Shown here in pieces: positions 54,340 to 62,645 of a stretch of DNA of 64,000 nucleotides (position 1 is its first letter; the number at the start of each line of letters is the position of its first letter). Under the pieces are notes generated by a model that saw only the letters and a list, made by a program, of their open reading frames with translations, was not told the origin of the DNA and did no database searches. Origin of the DNA: an uncultured Candidatus Saccharibacteria bacterium (GTDB lineage: Bacteria; Patescibacteriota; Doudnabacteria; UBA920); NCBI GenBank assembly GCA_964416765.1, contig CAYQEU010000001.1:407253-471252 (forward strand). The letters are read 5' to 3'. Position numbers and translations under genes: made by a program.

Positions 54340-54462
54340 AACGTTCCTTTCGCTGCAATACCTCTATCCACGGCAGGCAGTATTAAGTTGTAAGGGTCCC
54401 ATTGGATAATGAACCAGTACCTTAATTATGGCATACATATGGGCTAGTGTCAAAGGGGCCAC

Positions 54463-54478
54463 CGTCGCACAATGTATG
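54463..54478 (+). repeat. Degenerate dif-like half site (left arm plus spacer)
   Basis: Identical to 57611-57626; the second arm is not conserved. Confidence 0.75.
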
Positions 54479-54499
54479 CAAGGTATCGTTGTGGAAAAA

Positions 54500-54727
54500 C
54501 TAAATTCTTTCTAAACCTCTCAGCTTTCTCAACTCATTTATCTTGTTGCGTCTATCTTTGATCTTCTTAAAATTACGAGTAGTAGGATCAATATTTGAAC
54601 GCAATAAATACTCTAAGTAGTTACAACTTTTACAAGTCCAAATCCAAAGCGGGGGATTATAGGCAATGTGATATTTTACCCAACCACCGTGGTTATTTAC
54701 GTGCTGGTTACAAATATAACACTCCAT
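54500..54727 (-). CDS. Small CxxC...CxxC zinc-binding protein (HNH-like spacing)
   Basis: CYIC..H..H..H..CKSC. Confidence 0.5.
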   Translation of the reverse strand: MECYICNQHVNNHGGWVKYHIAYNPPLWIWTCKSCNYLEYLLRSNIDPTTRNFKKIKDRRNKINELRKLRGLERI

Positions 54728-54735
54728 GTAGTAAT

Positions 54736-56076
54736 TTATTTATACTTAGGTAATATCCAGCTATCAAGAACAACATTTTGCCGTGCTCTAACGACACAAA
54801 CATTGTTCCTTATTCCATAGCATTCAACATAATGATTTCCATTAAACTTCGTGTTTTCGGGCTGGTGTAAAGTATGATGATCAGTTATTTCACCTCTTGG
54901 TTGCGGCGACCTGTTATCATTCTTAACTTTCCATTTGATGATATCTAGTTCGCTTTCAGTTTCAGCTGAAAAATCTATCTTTCTGTCTGTTTCTATAATC
55001 CCGGCTGCGTCTAAAATAGTATGGCCGAAACCGTTTCTCGCTAAAGCCCTTGCTATAATCTTGATTTTTTCATTTTTCTCGATTAAGACAGGTATCTTTT
55101 TATCAAAAAGGTATTCTTCAGATTCACTTTTTCTAGTGTAATAATTTCCATCAAGCAAATCATCTATATTAGATTCTTCGGACAAATCTTCTAGCTTAAT
55201 CAAAAAGTTGTCTGCTGCATTTAAAATCTTTTCTTTCTCAGCTTCCGTCATGTCTTCAATGTAAGCATCAATGTACTTCGTGCTATCAGCGCGATCCGTT
55301 ATTTGGGGAGAACTTATGTGTTTTGGAAGATCACAAAAGAAATGAAATATCGCTGAATATATATCCATTTGGACGTTTTGGAAAAAGTACTGAATTACTA
55401 TCTGTTCTATGTGAAAAGATTTAAACTTAAAATTTGAATCTTTAGTTTTTACTGCATGTTTCCAGCCCTTTATGAACTTAACAGTCTTTCTAAAATCGGA
55501 GTTTTGGTCGTTTATTGTACGAGACATTTCAATATAACCCCGGGGGTCAGTAGGAATCCATCCCATTTCTTTATGATCTTGAGATAGTTCTTGATATAAG
55601 TGCTTACGTCTGGATGGTCGCACCTTTAGAAGCTCAGGAACTAGGTACTTATCTAAACCGAATTCGTTAACTTCGTGTTTAATAGCAGGTACTATATCTA
55701 ATGAAAATAGAACATCGTCACCATCATTCTCAAAAAAAAGAATAGTTATTGAGTGCGTTTGATATTCAATTTTTACGTTATGAGAAGTGGGCGATTGGTA
55801 TTCTTCGTTTAGTCTGTTATATAGATCATTTAATACTTCCTGAGAAGTCGCAATACTAGACTGAGTGTCACCAATAATATATAAAACATCAAGATCGTGT
55901 AATGGTGTAATGGCTGTGAACCTCGGGTAAGATCCAATTTGTAAACAATTAGATTCACCCAATATTATTTTTAGTGAATCGTATAGATTAGAAATTAATA
56001 ACCTTTCTGCATCTTTAGGAGACAGATTGTTTCTAACATAATCCCTCAAAAGCTTACTAATGGTTTCTTGCGTCAT
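54736..56076 (-). CDS. cGAS/DncV-like nucleotidyltransferase (CD-NTase/SMODS) with AGS-C-like C-terminal domain
   Basis: GSY.R.TAI.P.HDLDV, LDIVPA, TDP, VK.IK.WK, KSF.IE; C-terminal WKVKN..RGEI..E.T.F.G.HYVECY. Confidence 0.85.
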   Translation of the reverse strand: MTQETISKLLRDYVRNNLSPKDAERLLISNLYDSLKIILGESNCLQIGSYPRFTAITPLHDLDVLYIIGDTQSSIATSQEVLNDLYNRLNEEYQSPTSHNVKIEYQTHSITILFFENDGDDVLFSLDIVPAIKHEVNEFGLDKYLVPELLKVRPSRRKHLYQELSQDHKEMGWIPTDPRGYIEMSRTINDQNSDFRKTVKFIKGWKHAVKTKDSNFKFKSFHIEQIVIQYFFQNVQMDIYSAIFHFFCDLPKHISSPQITDRADSTKYIDAYIEDMTEAEKEKILNAADNFLIKLEDLSEESNIDDLLDGNYYTRKSESEEYLFDKKIPVLIEKNEKIKIIARALARNGFGHTILDAAGIIETDRKIDFSAETESELDIIKWKVKNDNRSPQPRGEITDHHTLHQPENTKFNGNHYVECYGIRNNVCVVRARQNVVLDSWILPKYK

Positions 56077-56573
56077 ATGCTTGTTGTTATCATAGAAGTA
56101 ACAACATCGTTCAAAAGCCTTCCTCTAAAGTTTGTAACTGCTCCGTTTCTTTGGTTGTCAACGAGATTCATTTGATCTTCGGGCATTGGCCCCTCGGAAC
56201 GAGGAGCGTATACAACTAAAGCGCAAGAATCAGGTTTCTTTTGTATTATAGCTGAAACATCAGTTTTCCAATCAGGCCAATACACCAGATATAATGAACA
56301 TGATTCAGCCTTGCCGATATCACTTATAGAAGAAACTTCAACAATATTTCTTTCCTTAAAAAGATGGGAATCAATCAATAAATCCCTAAGACTGTTAAAA
56401 TGTGAATCTTTTGCGAAAATGGCAATCTTTCGTTTAGATAGACCATTCCCTAATCTGTACAAAGCGGGACTGACTCCATTCAACCAAAGATATATTGCCC
56501 AAATAATTCCTCCGAGCAAAAATAAAGAATCAATAGTTCCTACCACCGTTAAAATGTTTATTGCTATATTCAT
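56073..56573 (-). CDS. Putative CBASS effector: single TM plus small alpha/beta (NARF-like) domain
   Basis: N-terminal TM; beta/alpha alternation (KIAIFA, LYLVYW, ALVVYA); ATGA overlap with the CD-NTase start. Confidence 0.6.
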   Translation of the reverse strand: MNIAINILTVVGTIDSLFLLGGIIWAIYLWLNGVSPALYRLGNGLSKRKIAIFAKDSHFNSLRDLLIDSHLFKERNIVEVSSISDIGKAESCSLYLVYWPDWKTDVSAIIQKKPDSCALVVYAPRSEGPMPEDQMNLVDNQRNGAVTNFRGRLLNDVVTSMITTSI

Positions 56574-56618
56574 TTATAAAAATTAGATCTATTTAGGTGC
56601 CTTATATAACTGGCTTAA

Positions 56619-56918
56619 TCATACACCTTTTTCGCTTTCTGTATAAGTTCCACCCAAACTTTCTACAATCCTTTTCTTTAATGCAGGAATAGGGGAGACT
56701 AGCCATTGCTTAGGCTCTTCTTGGACACATAATCCAGCTGACAGCCCAAACTCATCAACAATATCCCTAAGGTCTCCGAGACGAATCAGAATCGGTTGTT
56801 TGCAACCACATGAGCAATAACCAACTTTATAACCCATTGATCCGGTTTCAGGATCAGCATCAAGAGGGTAGCCTTTAAGTGGCCAACCACCTTTAGGATT
56901 TTGTCTGACTAGGAGCAT
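56619..56918 (-). CDS. Hypothetical protein (CSCGC motif)
   Basis: 99-aa ORF overlapping the upstream ORF. Confidence 0.5.
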   Translation of the reverse strand: MLLVRQNPKGGWPLKGYPLDADPETGSMGYKVGYCSCGCKQPILIRLGDLRDIVDEFGLSAGLCVQEEPKQWLVSPIPALKKRIVESLGGTYTESEKGV

Positions 56919-57258
56919 AAGGTTTCTTCTTCTTGGTTTGTTCGTAATCTACCCGCCGTAAGAACTTCTTATGACTTTCTTCTAATTCCACAAATACAGG
57001 GTCGGGAGTGTAAATGGACCTAATATATTTCTTAGCCTCGCTAAAGGCAATCTGAGGTGTTTTACCAACTAGCTGAGGGGTATGAATAGACTCACGTCGC
57101 ATAAAGTTAGAATCTTGGTCATACTCATGAATTGATACTTGGTATTCCTTATGGCCGTCAGCTGATAAAATAGGCAAAGCTTTAAGGTAAAACCTCAAAT
57201 CGTAGTATTCAAAGAGATCTTCATAAAAATATACTTTTTTACGCTTTATTCGATTCAT
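56893..57258 (-). CDS. Hypothetical protein
   Basis: 121-aa ORF with ATG start. Confidence 0.5.
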   Translation of the reverse strand: MNRIKRKKVYFYEDLFEYYDLRFYLKALPILSADGHKEYQVSIHEYDQDSNFMRRESIHTPQLVGKTPQIAFSEAKKYIRSIYTPDPVFVELEESHKKFLRRVDYEQTKKKKPYAPSQTKS

Positions 57259-57609
57259 ACAGATATCTTATAACTAGGAGCTTAACCATACCAGCAATAA
57301 ACTAAAGAAAATTATAAAACCCAATAAAAATAAATATAAAATAATAACTTATAACGATATGTGATACACAGGTCGAGCTTACCAGCGGGGGAGGCCCCCG
57401 CTCTCTCCGGCTTTTTGGCGGCCGATCGAGCGCGGGCCTCACACCCGTTTCTGTCTTAAACCACATACTAACTCGTTAAAAGAACTTATAACGCTTAGAA
57501 ACGATCCTAGTGCAATACAACTATAACGGAGTAGTGGGGAACTAGTTGTTAAAAGACTACTCTGCTATACCTGAAACCCTGGGGAATAGGCATAAACGCA
57601 ATATATCAT

Positions 57610-57637
57610 ACGTCGCACAATGTATGTTATACGACAT
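57610..57637. other. dif-like tyrosine recombinase site (11-6-11)
   Basis: ACGTCGCACAA TGTATG TTATACGACAT; arms 8/11 symmetric; 18/28 identical to E. coli dif by manual comparison. Confidence 0.7.
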
Positions 57638-57898
57638 ACTATATTGATCAATTAATGAATCCGGATTTAACAAATATATTTATTGATTACTAGATTGTGC
57701 ATGTAACCACATATTTATATAAATTTATAATCGCGCTCTCCTGCTTGATTAACAATGTTAGATAATTGTTAAGATAATGATTTAATACTCCCTTTTCACC
57801 CCCTCTCTATTTCATGCCTATATCTCTATCTATCGACGATCGTCACGAATAAAAATATCTTCCCTTTTATCATATTTAGCCATGAATTTTGATAGAAA

Positions 57899-57923
57899 CA
57901 AAAACCCGGGTTTGCACCCGGGT
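57899..57923 (-). terminator. Terminator of the pilin/hydrolase array
   Basis: ACCCGGGT-GCAA-ACCCGGGT followed by T run on the minus strand. Confidence 0.7.
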
Positions 57924-57956
57924 CAAATTACAGCTTTTTCTAAACGTTTAACTTCG

Positions 57957-58541
57957 CTAATCTACGTCACCATTACCAGGAGCGTTGTTATTAGTATCAC
58001 TGTTCGTATCCCCGATTTTGGTACCCGCACATGTCGCGTTACCCACAATATAATCAATGGGGCAACGGAATATGCCAGCAGGCACCCCATTGATTGTGGG
58101 GTTTCCGGCTAATAAAGGTTTTCCGTTTGGTAGGACTCTGCCACCAAAAATCAAAAAGTTAGTTAAAGAAAATGCTGCCAGCACGAGAAAGAAACCAATG
58201 ACCGCGTTCACCAATAGTTTTTTTGCTGATGTAACAGCTTCGGCGTTTCCGGCCGCAACTACAAAAGAGTAGCCAGCAAAAACTATCATGAACACCGCGA
58301 TGATACCGGCCATATCTATCAAAAAGTTCGTCACTATAATAACCAGGTTAAACAGGTCGGTAAGTTGGCAGGGATTGTCTGAAAAACTGCCGCACGGGAC
58401 AAACCCCTGGCCTGCGTTAGGGTCAGCTGCCTGAACCAAGGTTGGCATAATTAGCATAGTTGTAGCCACAACCAAGAATAAGACGTAAAAAACCTTATTT
58501 AATATTTTCATGTCTGGGATCATTAATTTTATTTTATTCAT
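57957..58541 (-). CDS. CPR T4SS-pilin-like (TrbC/VirB2-like) protein
   Basis: Signal-like segment, PC..PC, two TM helices with AG..F..AAGN.E...AK..L.NAVIG. Confidence 0.75.
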   Translation of the reverse strand: MNKIKLMIPDMKILNKVFYVLFLVVATTMLIMPTLVQAADPNAGQGFVPCGSFSDNPCQLTDLFNLVIIVTNFLIDMAGIIAVFMIVFAGYSFVVAAGNAEAVTSAKKLLVNAVIGFFLVLAAFSLTNFLIFGGRVLPNGKPLLAGNPTINGVPAGIFRCPIDYIVGNATCAGTKIGDTNSDTNNNAPGNGDVD

Positions 58542-59636
58542 TTATCTGCCTATGTAATTAATATGAAGGTTAGGTCCCGTAGTCGTGGGGAATACTTTGT
58601 AGTCTTTAATGGCCGTGCATTTTGGATCCTTAGAGGCTTCGTTGGCAAAGTTAACTTTACCCAATGAAATGATTGCTTCACAAAGGGTGGGCCAGTTAGG
58701 GTTAGTTGAACCTGCCTCTTTGGAATAACTAGGAGAACGTCCCCCGTTTAGCGCCAAATCCACGCAATTTCCACCCCGTGGATCCCCTGTCTTATGGCAA
58801 CCGCTAATGTGGGTTCCACTAATGCTGGAAGTAAGTATCCAACTTATACCAGGGGTTTTAGCTTTTAATCCGGCCAGTTGATCAGCCAAATCCTTGCATA
58901 GCTTACTCGCGCCGGCAGCATGCGGTATGCTGGCGGGAGTATCTACAATACCTCCGGAACAATTCACAGCAGTACCGGGCTTTGATCCGGTGGAAACGGT
59001 ATCGTCATTAGCACCGTGGCTGACCGCGGTATCGCAGTCGTCCGTTTCCCCTAGCCCCAAATCTTTGCATCCGGGCAACTCGTAATTGCCCAACAACTGC
59101 GGTGGCTGGATGCTCCTGAAGGCCACTAAGGTAGGGTTGATTTGTCTGAGTAAGACGTAGGAAGACAGCATGATCAGGAAACCTGCCAATACAGAGACCA
59201 GTATCTCCTTGGCCTGTTCTTTGCCATGCTCTCCTCCCACCATGTACATATACCCTGCCAGGACCACAAAGAAGACGGAAGCTACCGCTCCAAAAGCTAG
59301 GGCAAAGCGGTAACCCTTGTTGACACAGGTAGCCAGGTCCCCTGCTGATTGGTTGTCGGTTACCTGGGCGTTCTCCTGGAAAGTACCAGTGTTGGTGACG
59401 GTGGCGTTGGAAGGGGTGGGGGCACAAAGCAGGGCCCTGATGGAGCTTTCTACTCCCCTGCCTACATAGGTGGCTCCCGGTGACTTGGTGGGCGCGTTGT
59501 TGGCTGGGGCGTTGTTGGTGGGGGGAACCGGGTTAGGAATAAGCTGGGCGTTGGCTGGGGCAGCGTAGGCAAAAACCATTTCCACAAAAGCAATGGAAAG
59601 GATTATCAATTTTAAAGTATTGGTTTTGGTTTTCAT
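58542..59636 (-). CDS. Pilin-like domain fused to a putative M15-like Zn peptidase
   Basis: Shared pilin block; C-terminal CH..G....NCVD...NLH. Confidence 0.55.
   Translation of the reverse strand: MKTKTNTLKLIILSIAFVEMVFAYAAPANAQLIPNPVPPTNNAPANNAPTKSPGATYVGRGVESSIRALLCAPTPSNATVTNTGTFQENAQVTDNQSAGDLATCVNKGYRFALAFGAVASVFFVVLAGYMYMVGGEHGKEQAKEILVSVLAGFLIMLSSYVLLRQINPTLVAFRSIQPPQLLGNYELPGCKDLGLGETDDCDTAVSHGANDDTVSTGSKPGTAVNCSGGIVDTPASIPHAAGASKLCKDLADQLAGLKAKTPGISWILTSSISGTHISGCHKTGDPRGGNCVDLALNGGRSPSYSKEAGSTNPNWPTLCEAIISLGKVNFANEASKDPKCTAIKDYKVFPTTTGPNLHINYIGR
59097..59526. repeat. Conserved pilin block, copy 1
   Basis: Matches 60861-61290 with 2 mismatches (59483, 59487). Confidence 0.95.
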
Positions 59637-59646
59637 ATATTTAAAA

Positions 59647-60189
59647 TTACTCTGTTGGGCAAAAGCTTAAGCCAACGTTATATGGATTAGGTCGATAGTC
59701 ATCAGGCGGGGATTTGTAAACATAAATCGGCAATTGGCAAAGGTCGGCTTTGGGTGCGCCAAATAACTCAACCAGAGCCTGCTCCGCCGCTTTCTTTGCT
59801 GAATCCACGTCATTTTGGTCAGTGATCCACAGTTCGAACTGGTCCCCATCCGGCTGATAATCTATCTTGTACTGGTCTGTTTGCGAGAGAAGCAACGGAG
59901 TAGAAGCCGATGGACTATAATCTTTAGGAAATACATTCCTGATTTTAATGGACCCGTTAACCGTTTTGTAATAAATCCATTCTTGGGTGATGTCCTTTTG
60001 CGGGCTATTGGGGTAGTTTAATTTCTTTGACAGGGCGTTTGTCTGGTCTGTCCTGGTACCCGGGTTGTTGGAATTGGTGACACCCTGCCTTTGACCGGAC
60101 AAAATAAAGACCACAATAATTACCAGGATAATTAACAATACCGCCCCAATGGCAACGTATATTTTATTTTCCTTAATTAAATTCCACAT
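59647..60189 (-). CDS. Single-TM extracellular hypothetical protein
   Basis: N-terminal TM; C-terminal Cys pair (DLC..LSFCP). Confidence 0.65.
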   Translation of the reverse strand: MWNLIKENKIYVAIGAVLLIILVIIVVFILSGQRQGVTNSNNPGTRTDQTNALSKKLNYPNSPQKDITQEWIYYKTVNGSIKIRNVFPKDYSPSASTPLLLSQTDQYKIDYQPDGDQFELWITDQNDVDSAKKAAEQALVELFGAPKADLCQLPIYVYKSPPDDYRPNPYNVGLSFCPTE

Positions 60190-61406
60190 TGTGTTTTATA
60201 CTCGTTATAAACACGGGACATTCTAACCACATAGTCTCGGGTTTGCTCCAAAGAGTTAGCTCCTACAATGCAAGCAGTTTGGGCGGCATCCTTGAACGGA
60301 CACAGCGCCACTATCATGCCCGGACATATGCTACTGGGTCCTATCCTCCCCTCTCCGGCATTGTAGCCAGCCGCAATTTTTACGTAATCAACTCCGCCCG
60401 CTTTTTGCGCGATGTACTTCATGTATTTGGCGGCGCAGGGAATTTCCGCGATCCCGTTGGTTTGCCACCCATTGTTAGTGCAGCCAAACCGCGCGGCGGT
60501 GTCATTGCTCATTTGCATTAGCCCCTTACAGCATCCAGTCCAGCTGACTAGGGTTTGGTTTAAGTTGCTCTCAATTGTAGCTATGGTCTTAATAAAATTT
60601 GGGTCAATTCCATTAGCTTGCCCGGCCGCTTTGAACGCGGCATCAAAAGTCTTGTTACTGCATAGGGTTTTAAGCTTTGGACTGTCCTTTCCCAAACTGC
60701 AAACTTTCCCGCTTTTCCCCGTCATTGTTCCGCCCTGAGGTGGAATTCCTGTACCGTCGCCATTACTGACCCCGGGGGTGCCATCGGCAAGGGCGCAATC
60801 GTCCCCCTGGCCCAGATGCACGTCGCTACAGCTGGGAAGGTCACTATACTTCCCCAACAGCTGCGGTGGCTGGATGCTCCTGAAGGCCACTAAGGTAGGG
60901 TTGATTTGTCTGAGTAAGACGTAGGAAGACAGCATGATCAGGAAACCTGCCAATACAGAGACCAGTATCTCCTTGGCCTGTTCTTTGCCATGCTCTCCTC
61001 CCACCATGTACATATACCCTGCCAGGACCACAAAGAAGACGGAAGCTACCGCTCCAAAAGCTAGGGCAAAGCGGTAACCCTTGTTGACACAGGTAGCCAG
61101 GTCCCCTGCTGATTGGTTGTCGGTTACCTGGGCGTTCTCCTGGAAAGTACCAGTGTTGGTGACGGTGGCGTTGGAAGGGGTGGGGGCACAAAGCAGGGCC
61201 CTGATGGAGCTTTCTACTCCCCTGCCTACATAGGTGGCTCCCGGTGGCTTTGTGGGCGCGTTGTTGGCTGGGGCGTTGTTGGTGGGGGGATCAGCTAAGG
61301 CAGGGGTAGTGAAGGCGAGGAATTGGAGAGGGATTAGCACCAAAATATAAACCAAAAACACTACTTTGCCGTATCGCGTTTTGTTTCTGGATCGAAAAAT
61401 ATTCAT
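60177..61406 (-). CDS. Pilin-like domain fused to an SLT-family lytic transglycosylase
   Basis: Shared pilin block; IATIES, GLMQ, AAGYNAGEG, T.DYV. Confidence 0.8.
   Translation of the reverse strand: MNIFRSRNKTRYGKVVFLVYILVLIPLQFLAFTTPALADPPTNNAPANNAPTKPPGATYVGRGVESSIRALLCAPTPSNATVTNTGTFQENAQVTDNQSAGDLATCVNKGYRFALAFGAVASVFFVVLAGYMYMVGGEHGKEQAKEILVSVLAGFLIMLSSYVLLRQINPTLVAFRSIQPPQLLGKYSDLPSCSDVHLGQGDDCALADGTPGVSNGDGTGIPPQGGTMTGKSGKVCSLGKDSPKLKTLCSNKTFDAAFKAAGQANGIDPNFIKTIATIESNLNQTLVSWTGCCKGLMQMSNDTAARFGCTNNGWQTNGIAEIPCAAKYMKYIAQKAGGVDYVKIAAGYNAGEGRIGPSSICPGMIVALCPFKDAAQTACIVGANSLEQTRDYVVRMSRVYNEYKTQCGI
60859..61325. repeat. Conserved pilin block, copy 2
   Basis: 467 bp identical to 62119-62585 (offset 1260). 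Confidence 0.95.
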
Positions 61407-61421
61407 ACAGTTATTGTAACA

Positions 61422-62645
61422 CTAACAACCCGAAGTTTTATATGATGTCCACACTGCCTTGGCCCACACGCCATAACCATCCCCTCCCGGGTGGATCCCA
61501 TTATATTTTTGTGGGAAGATATTTAAATTCTTGGAATAAGTATCGTAATAGCAACCGCTTTGCCCGCTCTTTATACCGGCTATTACAGTTTGGACAGTAG
61601 TGTTATTTACGTTCGGGGTATCAGTACGCGATCCTCCCTCAGATGTAGTAGAAGTAAATTTCGGAGGGCCAATCCAAATTATTTTACCCACACCTTTGCT
61701 CTGGAGTACTTGAATTAACTTCGCGGTATCAGTTTTTACCTGTTGTTGATTGTGTTGGCCATTTGCGTCATTCGTCCCCAACGAAATCACTACAATACTT
61801 GGTTTATTGCTAGCATAATAATCCAAAGATTGCGCGGCAAAAGAATTCGCCCATTGTGTAATGGTAGTACCTCCTCTGTTATCAGGATCCTCACCCATCC
61901 CCCTATTAACCAGAACGCCACCATCCGCCGCGATAAGAGTTTTAAATTGTGGCTTGAGGCCCACAGAAAGCGAATCTCCAATAATTAGAAACTTTATCCC
62001 CTGGGTTTGTCCTGGCCCCCCATTACTGCCCCCTCCTGTAGTGGTGTTCCCTTGTGCATCAACACAGTTCTCCCCGAGTCCCGCATCAGCACAGCTTGGG
62101 AGGCTGTATTTGCCGACTAGCTGCGGTGGCTGGATGCTCCTGAAGGCCACTAAGGTAGGGTTGATTTGTCTGAGTAAGACGTAGGAAGACAGCATGATCA
62201 GGAAACCTGCCAATACAGAGACCAGTATCTCCTTGGCCTGTTCTTTGCCATGCTCTCCTCCCACCATGTACATATACCCTGCCAGGACCACAAAGAAGAC
62301 GGAAGCTACCGCTCCAAAAGCTAGGGCAAAGCGGTAACCCTTGTTGACACAGGTAGCCAGGTCCCCTGCTGATTGGTTGTCGGTTACCTGGGCGTTCTCC
62401 TGGAAAGTACCAGTGTTGGTGACGGTGGCGTTGGAAGGGGTGGGGGCACAAAGCAGGGCCCTGATGGAGCTTTCTACTCCCCTGCCTACATAGGTGGCTC
62501 CCGGTGGCTTTGTGGGCGCGTTGTTGGCTGGGGCGTTGTTGGTGGGGGGATCAGCTAAGGCAGGGGTAGTGAAGGCGAGGAATTGCAGCGCTAAAACAGC
62601 GGCTGTAAACCCGATCCTAAAGTATTTTGGTTTTTGTTTCCACAT
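61422..62645 (-). CDS. Pilin-like domain fused to an SGNH/GDSL hydrolase
   Basis: Shared pilin block; IIGDSL, SLGTND, NGIHP. Confidence 0.8.
   Translation of the reverse strand: MWKQKPKYFRIGFTAAVLALQFLAFTTPALADPPTNNAPANNAPTKPPGATYVGRGVESSIRALLCAPTPSNATVTNTGTFQENAQVTDNQSAGDLATCVNKGYRFALAFGAVASVFFVVLAGYMYMVGGEHGKEQAKEILVSVLAGFLIMLSSYVLLRQINPTLVAFRSIQPPQLVGKYSLPSCADAGLGENCVDAQGNTTTGGGSNGGPGQTQGIKFLIIGDSLSVGLKPQFKTLIAADGGVLVNRGMGEDPDNRGGTTITQWANSFAAQSLDYYASNKPSIVVISLGTNDANGQHNQQQVKTDTAKLIQVLQSKGVGKIIWIGPPKFTSTTSEGGSRTDTPNVNNTTVQTVIAGIKSGQSGCYYDTYSKNLNIFPQKYNGIHPGGDGYGVWAKAVWTSYKTSGC
62119..62585. repeat. Conserved pilin block, copy 3
   Basis: Identical to 60859-61325. Confidence 0.95.

Larger units (their letters stand above)
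54463..57637. mobile_element. Putative dif-integrated (IMEX-like) defence islet
   Basis: 16-bp direct repeat CGTCGCACAATGTATG at 54463 and 57611; right copy is part of a 28-bp dif-like site; interior visibly AT-rich. Confidence 0.65.

Noticed and set aside
57613-57634. loxP from cloning-vector contamination
   Set aside because: Three core mismatches, the outer arms (ATAACT/AGTTAT) are absent and no vector sequence is nearby; a native dif-like site fits better
54463-57637. Intact prophage or inovirus
   Set aside because: No recognisable Rep, Zot/pI ATPase, capsid, terminase or integrase
59008-62558. Repeated alternative-frame ORFs (MCPHPFQR..., MVVGYLGV...)
   Set aside because: Shadows of the identical DNA block, not independent genes
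59097-62585. Triplicated block as a DGR template/variable repeat, an IS or a CRISPR array
   Set aside because: No reverse transcriptase or transposase in the window, no terminal inverted repeats, no adenine-specific mismatch pattern, and the block is in frame within three genes
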